From Phyllosticta citribraziliensis (Eukaryota): DNA of 64,000 nucleotides. Below, piece by piece: positions 10,256 through 21,335 of this stretch (position 1 is its first letter; every line of letters starts with the position of its first letter). Below the pieces are notes generated by a model. The model did not search any database and was not told where the DNA came from. It was given only the letters and a program-made list of their open reading frames with translations. A program made the translations under genes and the position numbers. The stretch covers positions 248,001 to 312,000 of the forward strand of contig NW_027117351.1 in NCBI RefSeq assembly GCF_038025025.1, read 5' to 3'.

Positions 10256-11436
10256 TCATGCGTCCTGGCTGTGTGCTGTGTTTTCGATGACGCTTAAAGG
10301 TAGCACTGATGTGAAGCGATGCTTTAGATGCTCCTCAAGGACTAAGCCAGCATACTCCTCAAGGTGTGCACTGTCGGAAAATCAGCAATGTCTCAAAGCC
10401 TTTCCGCCGCGGAGAACGTTGCGCACCTGATGGCGGCGCACCACATGGCAGCTTCGACCTGCTCATTCGCCAGCTGAGTCTTTCGAATCTGATTATCCAA
10501 GGTGCGAATCTCCAGGCATGCTTGTTCGAAGTCTTCCTTGCCCTTCGTGTGTAGCTTGCGCGTTGCCTGCCTCAGCTTTGTCGACGCGATCAAGTGGGCA
10601 GAGAATGTGGCTTCCTCGCTCTTCCCTCCCTCTTTGTCGTCACCCAAGACTTCATTGATTTTCCGGAGCCGCTCCAGGCACTGGGACAGCATGTCTATCA
10701 AGAATTGGCCGCCGCCATCCGGGCTATCTGCAGCCCGAGCCAGGGTGGTGCCCCCTCCAGGAGCGTTGCTACCAAGATCTGGAAATGCGAGCATCGCTTT
10801 GCCCTTGAAGGTAGGCTGTTGTGTGCTCTCCGGCAAAGTTGGCTTCTCCTCGTCCGGCATAGGCGCGTCAAGGCGAGGCTTCTTCTTGCAGGGCCCTTCC
10901 TCGTCATCTTCCTCTTGTTTAATGTAGACCTCCGGTGAAGCTCTCCCCTCCTCTACCTTGACAGTTACCCGCGGTGACGTTGCTTCTGCCTCCTCCTCTT
11001 TTTTGTTCTTGTCCTCCACTGGCGTCGATGCGCCATGAGATGAAGCCTTGCCCAAGATTCCGACCTCAGTACTGGTTCTCAGACTTTCCAGAGCCCTAGT
11101 GGTGTCGCTGGTCTGAACACCTCTAGCAAGCCTGTAGCGCTTGCGGTAGCTGGGGTGTGTCTGTCTCCAGACCATTTGTTCGCGCAACAAATACTTGACG
11201 CGTGTGGCATCGTTGTCGCAAAGGTGTGCAAGCTTCTCCACATTGATTTGTAACTGGAAGGTCCACTCGTCCACCTCCAGTATGCGAGTTTCCGGCTTGT
11301 CGATACGAGCAGGTCCGGAACCCGGCCGCCTTGCGCGCGGGCGCATGTCTTCATCCATCAGGTTGACGACACCGATTTCCTTGATCCTCGCCAATGCAAA
11401 AGCAATTTTTCTGGGCTTGTTCTCGTTTTCGCTCAT
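10256..11436 (-). CDS. Family member P4, apparently intact; intron 10371-10426
   Basis: MSENENKPRK...IGVVNLMDEDMRPR...ARIDKPETRILEVDEW...VKYLLREQMVWRQ...RYRLARGVQTSD; KKKPR NLS-like; ATFSAHLIASTKLRQATR; exon 2 SAHLEEYAGLVLEEHLKHRFTSVLP. Confidence 0.85.
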
Positions 11437-11978
11437 GTCTGCTGGGTGGAGAGAACAAAAAGAAATCGTTGACGTGGTTGAGAGGATGCGAAAGACCGGC
11501 GGCGGTTGTGACAAGACTACTGCAAGAGGCAAGCGAGGAAACTCGCTGACATTTGCCAATGTCGAAGAATCAGGCGAGCTCAATGGCGATCGATCATTCG
11601 AAATGATAAGCCGGGGCTGTGTTGGCGACAAGAGTGGTTGCAGAGTGTTGGCGGCGAGGCAGCGCGCGAGGAGTGTTCAGCAGTGTGGCAGATCAAGGGT
11701 TGAAACACCTCCAGAAAATTACCGCCTTCAAAGCGGCTGTTAGCGAGGGCGGATAAACCTGGAGTAAGGCCGGCGTATCGAGTATCGCCGCCTCTGATGC
11801 ACCAGTCTCACGAGAAGCTAGGACGGGGAGGGTAGATTCAGTGAAGTGGAGGATGGGACGACGGAGTCAACAAAACAATGTGCATGTAGGGAGACATCAT
11901 TCCAAAAGTCATCGAGCCGACAGAAAATAGAAACGAGCGAGCCCAAGACTTGATTCGAATCGGCAAAAGAAAAACCGC

Positions 11979-12117
11979 AAAAAGAATAGGAGGCGGTAGT
12001 CTGACTCGAACCTCGGACTGGTTTCTGCCCACATAGTAACCTAGTTACCATACGTTGATCCCCTTATTACTTTGGGGAATGGGAATGAAGGCGATTCCAA
12101 TCCGGCCAAGGGACCCC
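11979..12117 (-). ncRNA. tRNA-like Pol III cassette E4
   Basis: Minus strand: GGGGTCCCT + A-box-like TGGCCGGATTGG (12108-12097); B box AGGTTCGAGTC (12013-12003); TTTTT (11983-11979); internal hairpins CCCC/GGGG and GGTAAC-TAG-GTTACT. Confidence 0.55.
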
Positions 12118-13030
12118 GGATCTCCATGATTGACATTCTGGACTTTTGAAACATATAGCAATCGATTCAAGCCGAAGTATTTTCTCGTCACCTCTACTTC
12201 GCATCACTAAGCTTTAGAAGCAAACAAAGAAGCTGCAAACACTGTTCTCATTTCTGTTCTAGAAGGATACTGAAAGTCCAAGGCCATTCTATTCCTAGAA
12301 AATTCCATCCTCGTTCGTGCTGTATTGCCGGCCGTTGATTTTCTGGCTCCCCATTTTGAATTACTAACTTTCCCTACCTAAATAGGCGTAGTCGCGCTCC
12401 ATGACGCCGCCTTGTGGTGTTTGGAGTTGCAGTCCGCGCACCTGATTGGCTCAACCCTTAATTTTTGAAGCTGCCAGAACTACTGAATTGGGTAGCATGC
12501 AAGGAATCCACGGTGTTTTATCCACTCCTACTTGTTTGCCCTGCCTTTGCCTTTTGCCTTGCGGTTTCCCTTATTCTTGCCTGTTATTATATCCTCCTCT
12601 CCCTCCTCGTCAATATCCACGCCAACAAATTCGCCTGCGCGAACAGCTGGGCGCTGGGCGGGGGCGGCGGGGGCGGCGGCGCGCGGAGCGTCTTCAGTCT
12701 CTTTGTCGCTTAAGGATCTGCCAGAGGAGCTATTACTTGCCATGATTACTGAGCACAACGGCGCGATGGCATGACAGTGGCGAGGTGTAAGGTGTAAGGT
12801 GTAAGGCGTGGCGGCGCAAGATGGCGGCGAGACTTGGTGCTGGAGGTGAAAGCAAGCAAACTACTACTCGTGGTGGTGACTATCACAGTTGGCCAATCAG
12901 ATGCGTTCAACTACAACTTCAAACGTCGTAAGGCGGTACCGCGGAGCGCGACTACGCCTATCCAGGTAGGGAGAGTCAGTAATTCAAAATGGGGAGTCAG
13001 AAATCCAGCGGCCGTATTGCTGATGACACG

Positions 13031-13991
13031 TCAAGGGAGCACCGAGGTGAAGCGCTTCTTGAGGTGCTCCTCAAGGACCAAGCCAGCGTGCTCCTCCAAG
13101 TACGCGCTGTGTCCAAAGTCAGCCATAGAGCCATCCACCATTGATGGAAATCACTAACCATATCTTTGCGGCCTTGGTCGCCAGCACCGCACGCTTATGG
13201 GCAAGGGCGGTCTTGTCAATCTGCATCTCCTAGACGCTGACTTCGAGACACGCGCAGCCAAAGTCGTCCGGGCGGTTGGAGTCCATGTCGTCCAATGTCT
13301 CTCCCAACCTCTTTATGGCAAACGTGGCGCCGAAACGCTTGGTCGGCTCGTTCTCGATTCGCTCCTCCACGTGCTCCATGGCAAGCTCGATCTCTCGAAG
13401 GCGGTCCAGATCTTGGAACAGCATGTCCCACACCCACGGCTCACGCTTGTCCTTGTGCTGTGAAACGGTCGCGTTCTGGCGGCCAAGCACGTCGCTGCTC
13501 TCCTCGGACGCTGCAGCCCTGGCTTTCTTGGTGGGCGGCTGCTGGGTGGCGCCGTTCTCGTCCTCGGCGGGGGTGTCGCCTCTGGTCTTTCGCTTGTCGC
13601 CTGCCTGAGCCGTGGGAGCGCCGCCGTCTTTGGAGACCACTTCCATGTGCACTAGGCGGACGTCACTGAGGAGAAGGCCGCGAGCAAGCTGGGTGGTGAC
13701 TCTCAGTGTGGTGTCGTTTTGTCGACGATGCACCTGGCGGCGCAACAATGACTTGACTTTCTCTGCGGGCCCGCATTCGCGGAGGAGCATCTGGAGAGCG
13801 AAAAGGAATTCGGGAGTCCACTCGTCGATTCTCTGGGGGCGAGTGTCAGGCTCGTTGATGAGAGGCCTTTTCCGCTGTCTCCATCCCGTGGCGGCAGCAC
13901 GAGGCATCAGGTCTTCATCCATGATGTTGTGCACACCGATATCCTGGATTTCGCCCTTGGCGAGGGTGACCTTCTTGTTGTGATTGGGCAT
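13031..13991 (-). pseudogene. Family member P5 with in-frame TAG at 13232-13230; intron 13107-13158
   Basis: IGVHNIMDEDLMPR...LINEPDTR..IDEW...VKSLLRRQVHRRQ...LARGL..SDV. Past the TAG the frame continues EMQIDKTALAHKRAVLATKAAKI-TG|GTTAGT..GCTGAC..CAG|, then exon 2 CAYLEEHAGLVLEEHLKKRFTSVLP*. Confidence 0.85.
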
Positions 13992-14413
13992 GATGAAGGC
14001 TTAGCGGAGCTGAAGAGTCAGGTTGTGCGATGTTGGTGTTGGGAAAGACGAGCGGTGGGATGGTTGAAGATGGATGTAGGACAAGAAGAAGATGGATGTA
14101 AACAATGGCAGCTTTGGATAGGGAGGCTTGTGCGCCGACTCGCTTCCGGTGCGGGTGACGTCAGTGGTGATTGGCACGGCAGGGTCGGGTAGTAACTTCG
14201 GTTGCCCGGGTTGATTTGACGCGTCTTTGCGCGCGTCGTGTCCTTACGGACGTCTCGGACGGGCGCTTGAGCAGCGAGGACAAAGACAGCGAGAATGCTG
14301 GATCTGGTGGATGGCCAAAAGCAAAAAGTCAGCTCGATATCGATCATTGTGACAAAGACAGGCCAGTACGCGGGCAACTTCATGCATTTGGCGAGCAGCG
14401 CAGCAAAAACAGC

Positions 14414-14576
14414 AAAAAGATCAGCCAGGCCCGGAGTCGAACTCAGGCCCGGAGGAAAAAAGTTGAGCCAGCGACGGTCACTCAGCCGATCGGAAGACTT
14501 ATTGCGGATTTTAGAGTGGTGGTATTTTTGCGGTAAAGTAGAAATTGGGCGTCAATCCAACTCGGCCGAGGCGCCG
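14414..14576 (-). ncRNA. tRNA-like Pol III cassette E5
   Basis: Minus strand: A-box-like TCGGCCGAGTTGG (14569-14557); B box GAGTTCGACTC (14444-14434) in a GC-rich hairpin; TTTTT (14418-14414). An extra T6 run precedes the B box. Confidence 0.5.
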
Positions 14577-14812
14577 GGGCTCGTGAAAGATTGGACAATT
14601 TGACCGGATTATATAGATCACTTTTGGCAATGGGTCGTCGAGCGCCCGTTTGCCTCAATCTTGCTGTTTGACGACAAGGCAGCCGGCTCTCGCCGTCGAT
14701 GGACCTCATCGCCTCTTATATCGTCCTCGTCAACGTGTTTTCAACTTCACCAAAGCTTGTCGCCCACACCACAAACATCCTTCTCCTTACAGTCGTAGGT
14801 AAACGAGCAGTA

Positions 14813-14965
14813 GGGGGCGTTCATTCCCTGCTCCAGCTGCACTCAAGGAGTATCCATTTACTGCTCAGCTACACTTAAGAAGCATTCATTCACTGCTCAG
14901 CCATACTCAAGAAGCATTCATTCACTACTACAGCTGTATTCAAGGAGCGTTCATCTACTGCAGCC
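14813..14965 (+). repeat. Minisatellite, ~32-bp unit x ~4.7
   Basis: Units resembling AGAAGCATTCATTCACTGCTCAGCCATACTCA repeated in tandem with substitutions. Confidence 0.85.
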
Positions 14966-15305
14966 ATTTCTTCCGACACGCGCTATGACTTCGAGAGAGC
15001 GCACAACACTTGACGCTTCCAACAACACTCAAGGCCAGAAACAAGCACTCTCACACTCACGCAAAAGAAGATCAAAGCAACTTTTAGATACCCCCACCTA
15101 CGCACTGACTACCCTTCCCTACCTGCCAGAATCTTCAATGACTGAACCCTTCCAGAAGCAGCCACCTCCACCCGCACTCCATACTCTACATTTTGCCCCA
15201 CGCCATTCCTCGCTTTTGTTCGGGCGATCCATGAAGCCCCCTTCGTCAACGTGTCCAACCATGAATCCTCCCACCCGCTCAACCACTCTCGCGCTCCAAG
15301 AACCC

Positions 15306-18300
15306 TCACACGTTCCGCGGGCCCTGCAGCATGGCGCCCTCGACCCAGAACGTCGTTTCGACCCTTCTCGTCGTCACCATGCCACCACCACCGCCGCTGC
15401 TGCTGCCGTGCTCGCCCGCCGCCGGAGCAACCACCTCCTCATCTTTCTCAAAACTAAGGACCAGTGCCGTGTTCGTCTGGTCGAAGTGCTGGACCTGGGC
15501 GTCGAAATCCTTCTTGGCGTCGATGCGCGCTTGAATCTGGTCGACGCCGCGTTGAGACGGCGGGTACGCGTGGTCCAGTGCGCACCGCGCGGCTTCGCTG
15601 TTGGCGCCGTCGAGGACCGTAAAGGTGGCCAGGTCCGTGATGGCGAGGGTTTTGCTTTCTGCCTCGACGTCCATGGCATCTTCGTCTCCTGCTTCCACGC
15701 TGTCGGCGCGCCTCGTGCGGCGCACCTCGACGTCCTTGCGCTTGACGACCCAGATCGTCTTTGCGAGCCAGCCGTGCTTGCTCACTTCGGGCGGATCTGC
15801 TACGCCTGGCGCCCGCGCGAACCGGTCCACCCACACGCGCACCACGACGTTGTTGAAGTAGTGCGCTTCAAGGATAATCATGCCGTGAGGGCCGTACGTG
15901 GACTTGTGGCTGATCAAACCCGTTTTGTCGATGGGTCCAATGCCACCGATACCGAAGCGTGAACCACACATTTCCTTGATGGCTTCATCGTTGGCGTCTT
16001 TCAGGGTGTGGTAGTATGCTTCGCCAGGGACATACTTTTCCGCGCCCTCCTCAGGGTCAACTTCCTCCACATCGACTTCCTCTTCCTCGGACTCGGCATC
16101 CGATCCCGAATCTGAATCTGAATCCGATTCGGACATTGTCTCAGAGTCTTCGTCTTGGTCTGCAAACGATGGGCCAGGAAAGCGAGAGAGCATGTCCTGC
16201 TCCTCCTTCTTCTTCAACTTTTCCGCCTCCTTCTCCTGCTTCTTCGATTCTTTCTCTTCCCTCCTCATCTCCTTCTCCTTCTTCCTCATCTCCGCCCTCT
16301 CCGCCTTCTCCTTCTCCCTCGCCTTCTTCTCACTCCTCATCGCCTTCTTATCCTCTTCTGTCCTCTTGGTCCACGACTTGCGCCAGACCTGGTACATCCA
16401 CCAGCAGTCGTTCTTATCCAGAGCCTCGGGCGTCTTCTCACGCACAGGCTGCTGGCTACGCAGCTCTTGCTCAACCGGCTCGTACTCGTCGTCCGTCTCA
16501 TCTTCGCCGCTCGTCAAGAACGCATCGATTTCGCGCTGGTTGGCAATGTGCGCCTCCAATGCGTCCAAATTCCACGTCTTGCCACCGGGGCCAGGCTTGG
16601 GCGGTCCTGCCTCCTTCTCATCTTCCTCCGCACTGGCAGGAACAGGCGCATCATCAGGTGGCGGGACGTCCGTCTTCTTAGCAGCAGCAGCAGCCAGGTC
16701 CGGATTATCCTTCAGAACGCGCTTGTGGCGGTGTTGCAGTGACTGCGGAGCCAGAATACGGTTTGTCTCGTTGGCGTAGAGGATGCGGACGTCTTTCCAC
16801 TTAAGACCCGCACTGCGCCACGTGGCAAGGTGTTTGTCCGCTTCACCCAGTTCAAGGCAGCGCGCACCTTTGTTGGAGGGGGGCGTCTCAAACTTCTTGT
16901 CAACCATGATGATGCCGTCGTGATCTTCAGGTACACCCGAGTCTGTGCTGGGAGCATTCGCGCCTTGTTTCGACACCTTCCCCGGGGTTTTCGGACTCCT
17001 TTTCGCAGGCTTTGCCGCTGATTCCTCCAGCTCGTCCTGCTCTTCAATCGGCACATGAACGGCCTCAAGCCAGGCCCTTCCTTTCCGATACGCAGGTCGC
17101 AGGTTGTTGGTGTTTATCGGTTTCGGCGGAGGCGTGGTTCGCTTCAAATGAGGAGACCTCAGATTGCCGTTGGTTTCAGGGTCGTCATCACGATCCATCT
17201 CATCAGCCAGGACTTGAGCACAGATCGGTGCGTGAGCTTTCATGGCATGCATGTCGCCTCCATACTTCTTGAAGAAAGTCTTCACCTCAGGCGAACCAAT
17301 GGGTGACTCCAGTGCGGGCAGACCGTGTCTGTTGCCTTCAGATTCAAAACGCAATTTGCCCGGCTGCTCTTGCTCATGAGAAGTCTTGCGCTTCTTGACC
17401 CTTGTTGATGCTGCTTCTTCGGGTTTTCTCTTTTGAAGAGCGTAATTGTGCATACTGATGGGGCCATTGTGTGCAAGAGTCCCATTTGCCTGGCCACGAC
17501 GCTGCACCACAGTCTGCGTCTGGGTATCCGCATCAGAATCAGGCTCGTCAGACTCAGTGGCAACGAGCTCAGAAGCGGGCTGCTTTGGAGGAGCCTTCCT
17601 CTTCACTGGTTTTACTGGCTTCTTCCCGACAGTCTTCTTTGACGTTGAAACTGGAGGCCTTCCGCGCCGCTTTGGAATCGCTTTACGAACGGCGTCAGTC
17701 AGCGGATCTTCGCCTTGGTCGTCGTTGTCGATGTCAGACTCGGGCAGGGCAAGCTGCTCCATCTGGTCTTCAGCCTCGCGCTTTTGCTGGTTCTGCCTCT
17801 CCGTTTCGGCCCGCAGAGCCATGACGTCTTCGCCAAAGCTCTCAAGGGTCTGCTGCCTCTCTCTCCTCTGGCTCTTGCTCTCCTCGCTTTGAATGCCGTT
17901 CTCCTCGGGACTCTTCGCATTGGAAGCAGCAGAGGTGGCAGCGTTTGGCGTCTTGACATTGGTTGCGGCTGGGAGCTTCTGGACGATGGCAGTAGCAGCC
18001 TGCCAGCCAGACGGCTGACCACTGGCAGCACTGGCCTTTGGTGGTGCGTCGAGCTTGAGACCTGGCGTCGTACCGGCTGTCGATGGGATGGGAGCGGTCG
18101 ATTTTGGAGCCGATTCAGTGTTGCGAGCCGTGGTGCCTTTGTCGAGAATCGAACTTGGACCACTGCTCTGAAACAATCCCAGAGTTCTTGTAAGTTCCTT
18201 AGCCCGGCTCTGTTCAGCTGTCAAATTGCCCTCAGCATCGCCATTCTCATGCTCGTCAGAGGAGCTGTCGCTCAGTGGGCTCTCGCTCTTTTCGCTGGAA

Positions 18301-20306
18301 ATGGAAATGGCACGCTCCCGCGAATGACCAATTTCAGCAAGAGGCGGCTGTGTCGTCTTTGCGACTTGAAGGATTTGCGGCTTTGGATTGATGACCTCTG
18401 TTGCTCGATTCCGCTCGGCCATCATCTTGGCCATCTGCTCCCTGCTCATCATCGAAAATGGGCTCGGGGCAACATTCGACAGCGTAGACGGCTTGGGGGT
18501 TTGATCGTGAACAATGCCCGCATCAGGGCGGGGCTGTCGACGAGGGCTGTCAATCACATCCTGCTGAGGGTCTGCCGCGCTTCCAAGACCAGAATGCTTC
18601 TGCTTCACGGGAGTCGTCTTCGGGACAAACAACGGCTCTTGCTCGTTGGAAGCACTCGATCCCTCAAAAAGACTTCCAACGTCATCGTCGTGCTCTGTCG
18701 CTCTGATCGGCGTGTCGTGCCGGGCCCGTTCACGAAGCAACTTGCTTTTGATGGCTCCCGAGGAAGGTGTCGCCTGGTTTGGCGCCGCAGGCTCGACCGT
18801 GGTACTGCTGCCGTCTTGCTCAGGGTTTCGGCCACTTGCAGTGCCTGACGGCGTCACTTCGTCGTCATCGTCCTCGTCGCTTTGGACAAATGGGCCAATG
18901 GCAGAGGCTGGCCGCACTGGCTTCAAGACTGGCTTTGCCCTCCAATGAGCGTTTGGTTTCGCTGCTTCTGTAGCATTGAGTCGTTGCAGGAGGAGTCGTG
19001 CGGCTTGTTCAAGATACGGGCTGCCGCAGTTGAGGACATCATCAAGCTCACCCCTCTCAAATGATTCGACGGCGAAATCCATGGCCTTTTGTTTCTTCGA
19101 CTCCTCGTCATTCGCAATTGGTTGGGCACGGCCTCTTTCTGCATCTGAACGTTGGCTTGCAGTAACTGTCATTCGTTCATCCTCGTGGGGAACATGGTCG
19201 CGTGGACGGGTAACTGCTTCCTCGTAGGCTGGAGGCGCCTCGTGATGGCGGCTTGATTCACGGTCATGACGGACCATGCGTTCCTCCTTTTCATGTGGTC
19301 CTCGACTGCCCATGCGGCGGTCACGCATTTCATGGTGATTCCAATCGGTGCGAGGGGCGGGTGAAGTCTCCCAGGAGCTCTGTCGCGCATTTCCATACAA
19401 TTGTGCATCATCGCGTCTCTGACGCTCTGCGTTGGAGGCCTGGCTTAAATACGGAAGGAAGCCGCTTCGGACCTGCGCTTGGGTGTATCTGAGCTCTTCA
19501 TGTTCTACCTCGCTGCGGTGTGTGGCGTTCCGGAAATCGACGTGTCCACGATACTCGTCCGGGTAGGGCGCCCGCCTGTGTCTGTCCTCCGCCATGTATC
19601 TCGGGTCTTCAGCTGGGATACCGTATGTGTGAGAGGCGTGACGAGGTGGAGCGCGATCGTAGCTGGAGTCGTGGCGGCGGTAATGAGCGGAGGACTCTGG
19701 CGGAAGCGTCTGATCAGAGGGAACCATGCGCGGGTGCGTCGATCGCTGCCGGGTTGCGCGGTGACTCGTCTCGTACTCGTCGACTTCCCATCTACTCACA
19801 GGGCGGACGTATGTCTCTTCCACTCGTTCAGGCCGCTCGCTCTGACGCTGATCTCTTGACTGACCGTAGTAGTTGGTCGTGTTGGGCTGGAATCCAAAAC
19901 CAGACTCGCGAGAATGGTGGTCGGAGTAGTAAGCGTCTCCGAGGTGAACGACCCTCTGGCCGCGCTGCGTGTCTAATGCTGCAGGGCGGTGGTGACCGAG
20001 GCTAGAGGCGGGCTGTTGTTGTCTGAACCAGGCCTCTTGTCGCGGCGAGTCGGAGTGGCGGGGAGGGACGACGTGCGAGGGCAGGTGATGGTGAGGTTTA
20101 CGACCATGATCTGGAGAGATGTGCCTCTCGTAAGGATTGGTGGAGCCTCTATCATGCGGCCATGGAACATTCGCTTCAGTGCTGCGCCTGTATGCGTCTC
20201 GGCGCCGCGCATAGTGGTCGCCGCGCTCGCTGGGAGCGTTCGTCATCGTGAGCACGCCGCCAAGTTTGTTTACTTGACTGCTCGGCGTCGACGAAGAGAA
20301 TGTCAA
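15306..20306 (-). CDS. Large (up to 1666 aa), mostly disordered putative nuclear protein with an AT-hook-like motif, a Myb/HTH-like segment and a globular C-terminal domain
   Basis: 5-kb uninterrupted ORF; KRRGRPP motif; ADKHLATWRSAGLKWKDVRILY...SLQHRHKRV; charged coiled coil; C-terminus WWMYQVWRK...FTVLDGANSEA...FWVEGAMLQGPRNV. Confidence 0.85.
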   Translation of the reverse strand: MTFSSSTPSSQVNKLGGVLTMTNAPSERGDHYARRRDAYRRSTEANVPWPHDRGSTNPYERHISPDHGRKPHHHLPSHVVPPRHSDSPRQEAWFRQQQPASSLGHHRPAALDTQRGQRVVHLGDAYYSDHHSRESGFGFQPNTTNYYGQSRDQRQSERPERVEETYVRPVSRWEVDEYETSHRATRQRSTHPRMVPSDQTLPPESSAHYRRHDSSYDRAPPRHASHTYGIPAEDPRYMAEDRHRRAPYPDEYRGHVDFRNATHRSEVEHEELRYTQAQVRSGFLPYLSQASNAERQRRDDAQLYGNARQSSWETSPAPRTDWNHHEMRDRRMGSRGPHEKEERMVRHDRESSRHHEAPPAYEEAVTRPRDHVPHEDERMTVTASQRSDAERGRAQPIANDEESKKQKAMDFAVESFERGELDDVLNCGSPYLEQAARLLLQRLNATEAAKPNAHWRAKPVLKPVRPASAIGPFVQSDEDDDDEVTPSGTASGRNPEQDGSSTTVEPAAPNQATPSSGAIKSKLLRERARHDTPIRATEHDDDVGSLFEGSSASNEQEPLFVPKTTPVKQKHSGLGSAADPQQDVIDSPRRQPRPDAGIVHDQTPKPSTLSNVAPSPFSMMSREQMAKMMAERNRATEVINPKPQILQVAKTTQPPLAEIGHSRERAISISSEKSESPLSDSSSDEHENGDAEGNLTAEQSRAKELTRTLGLFQSSGPSSILDKGTTARNTESAPKSTAPIPSTAGTTPGLKLDAPPKASAASGQPSGWQAATAIVQKLPAATNVKTPNAATSAASNAKSPEENGIQSEESKSQRRERQQTLESFGEDVMALRAETERQNQQKREAEDQMEQLALPESDIDNDDQGEDPLTDAVRKAIPKRRGRPPVSTSKKTVGKKPVKPVKRKAPPKQPASELVATESDEPDSDADTQTQTVVQRRGQANGTLAHNGPISMHNYALQKRKPEEAASTRVKKRKTSHEQEQPGKLRFESEGNRHGLPALESPIGSPEVKTFFKKYGGDMHAMKAHAPICAQVLADEMDRDDDPETNGNLRSPHLKRTTPPPKPINTNNLRPAYRKGRAWLEAVHVPIEEQDELEESAAKPAKRSPKTPGKVSKQGANAPSTDSGVPEDHDGIIMVDKKFETPPSNKGARCLELGEADKHLATWRSAGLKWKDVRILYANETNRILAPQSLQHRHKRVLKDNPDLAAAAAKKTDVPPPDDAPVPASAEEDEKEAGPPKPGPGGKTWNLDALEAHIANQREIDAFLTSGEDETDDEYEPVEQELRSQQPVREKTPEALDKNDCWWMYQVWRKSWTKRTEEDKKAMRSEKKAREKEKAERAEMRKKEKEMRREEKESKKQEKEAEKLKKKEEQDMLSRFPGPSFADQDEDSETMSESDSDSDSGSDAESEEEEVDVEEVDPEEGAEKYVPGEAYYHTLKDANDEAIKEMCGSRFGIGGIGPIDKTGLISHKSTYGPHGMIILEAHYFNNVVVRVWVDRFARAPGVADPPEVSKHGWLAKTIWVVKRKDVEVRRTRRADSVEAGDEDAMDVEAESKTLAITDLATFTVLDGANSEAARCALDHAYPPSQRGVDQIQARIDAKKDFDAQVQHFDQTNTALVLSFEKDEEVVAPAAGEHGSSSGGGGGMVTTRRVETTFWVEGAMLQGPRNV

Positions 20307-21335
20307 TGGAGATGATGCGCCAACTTAAGATACTGTGTCGATGTTGAGAGTTGAAGTTAGAAGTCGGTAGAGGGTCAAGGTGTGGCGGTAGGTGGAAGTT
20401 GTTGGTCCATGTAGAACAAAAGGGCAGAGGGGAATGTCGATGGAGATGACTTGCAAGCTCAGCTTACCGTGTCGGTATCGAGAGTTGAAGTCAAAATCAG
20501 GAGAGGTTTGAGGTGTGCGGTAGGTGGCGGTCGGTGGTCGATTAAAACCAAGAAGTCAGAAGACAACCACCCGGGGACGTGCTCCAGGGGAGTTGACGAA
20601 AAGTGAGGCCAAGTGCAGAAAGCATGCACACAGCACATGCTAGCGCTATGCTGCCTTTTGGCTTTTGGAACGACTTTTTGGGAATTCCGTCTCTTGCATC
20701 AGCTGCTTGAGTGCAGTGCAGACAGGAAAATCTGATCGACGCAACGCCAAATCTACTCGGGATCTTGCTCCTCCGCCATGTATCCTTACCAGCTTCTGGC
20801 CCAAGTGCATTTGTGCAAGAGGCAGGGAAGCTTATGGGGTGGTTGGCATGACCTGGCTATATGCGCAGGCTTGCCGAACTATTTCTACTCCAAGCTCCTC
20901 AAGAGAGAATGGTATTTCTTGAGGTCCAATGCTTTTTGCTCATGCCGACCTGAAATAACACCCAAAACTTTTGTCTGCCGGATCGAGCTCGAATGTTCGG
21001 GGTCTTTTGATCCTCCTCCTCTTCCTGAGACGCAAACTGCCCAGACACGCATCCAATTACCTATGGCCCCGTTTTCTGCCGTCCGGAGTGAGAGGCGAAA
21101 GTGCACTTACAACACATTTTCCGAGGATTCCGCCGCGGCACTCACACCGCATCTAAGAATCTCTCGTATTGATTCCGATCGTTGTGCAAAGCCCACTCAC
21201 CAGAGGCAATCCAGAATGAAACCAAGCCTCGCCAAACCTAACAATCCAAAGTGAAATAATACAGACCAAGCCGCAAGGCCAGACGAGCACGCCAGCCACC
21301 GCTTTTCTTTTCCGCTTCATGTGACCAGAAGCTCT

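Noticed and set aside
14813..14965. CRISPR-like array
   Set aside because: Eukaryotic context, units are contiguous with no unique spacers, and no cas genes; it is a minisatellite.
14985..20315. Long + strand ORFs antisense to the 1666-aa gene (and similar shadow ORFs over other genes)
   Set aside because: Expected antisense shadows of GC-rich coding sequence; no independent protein features.
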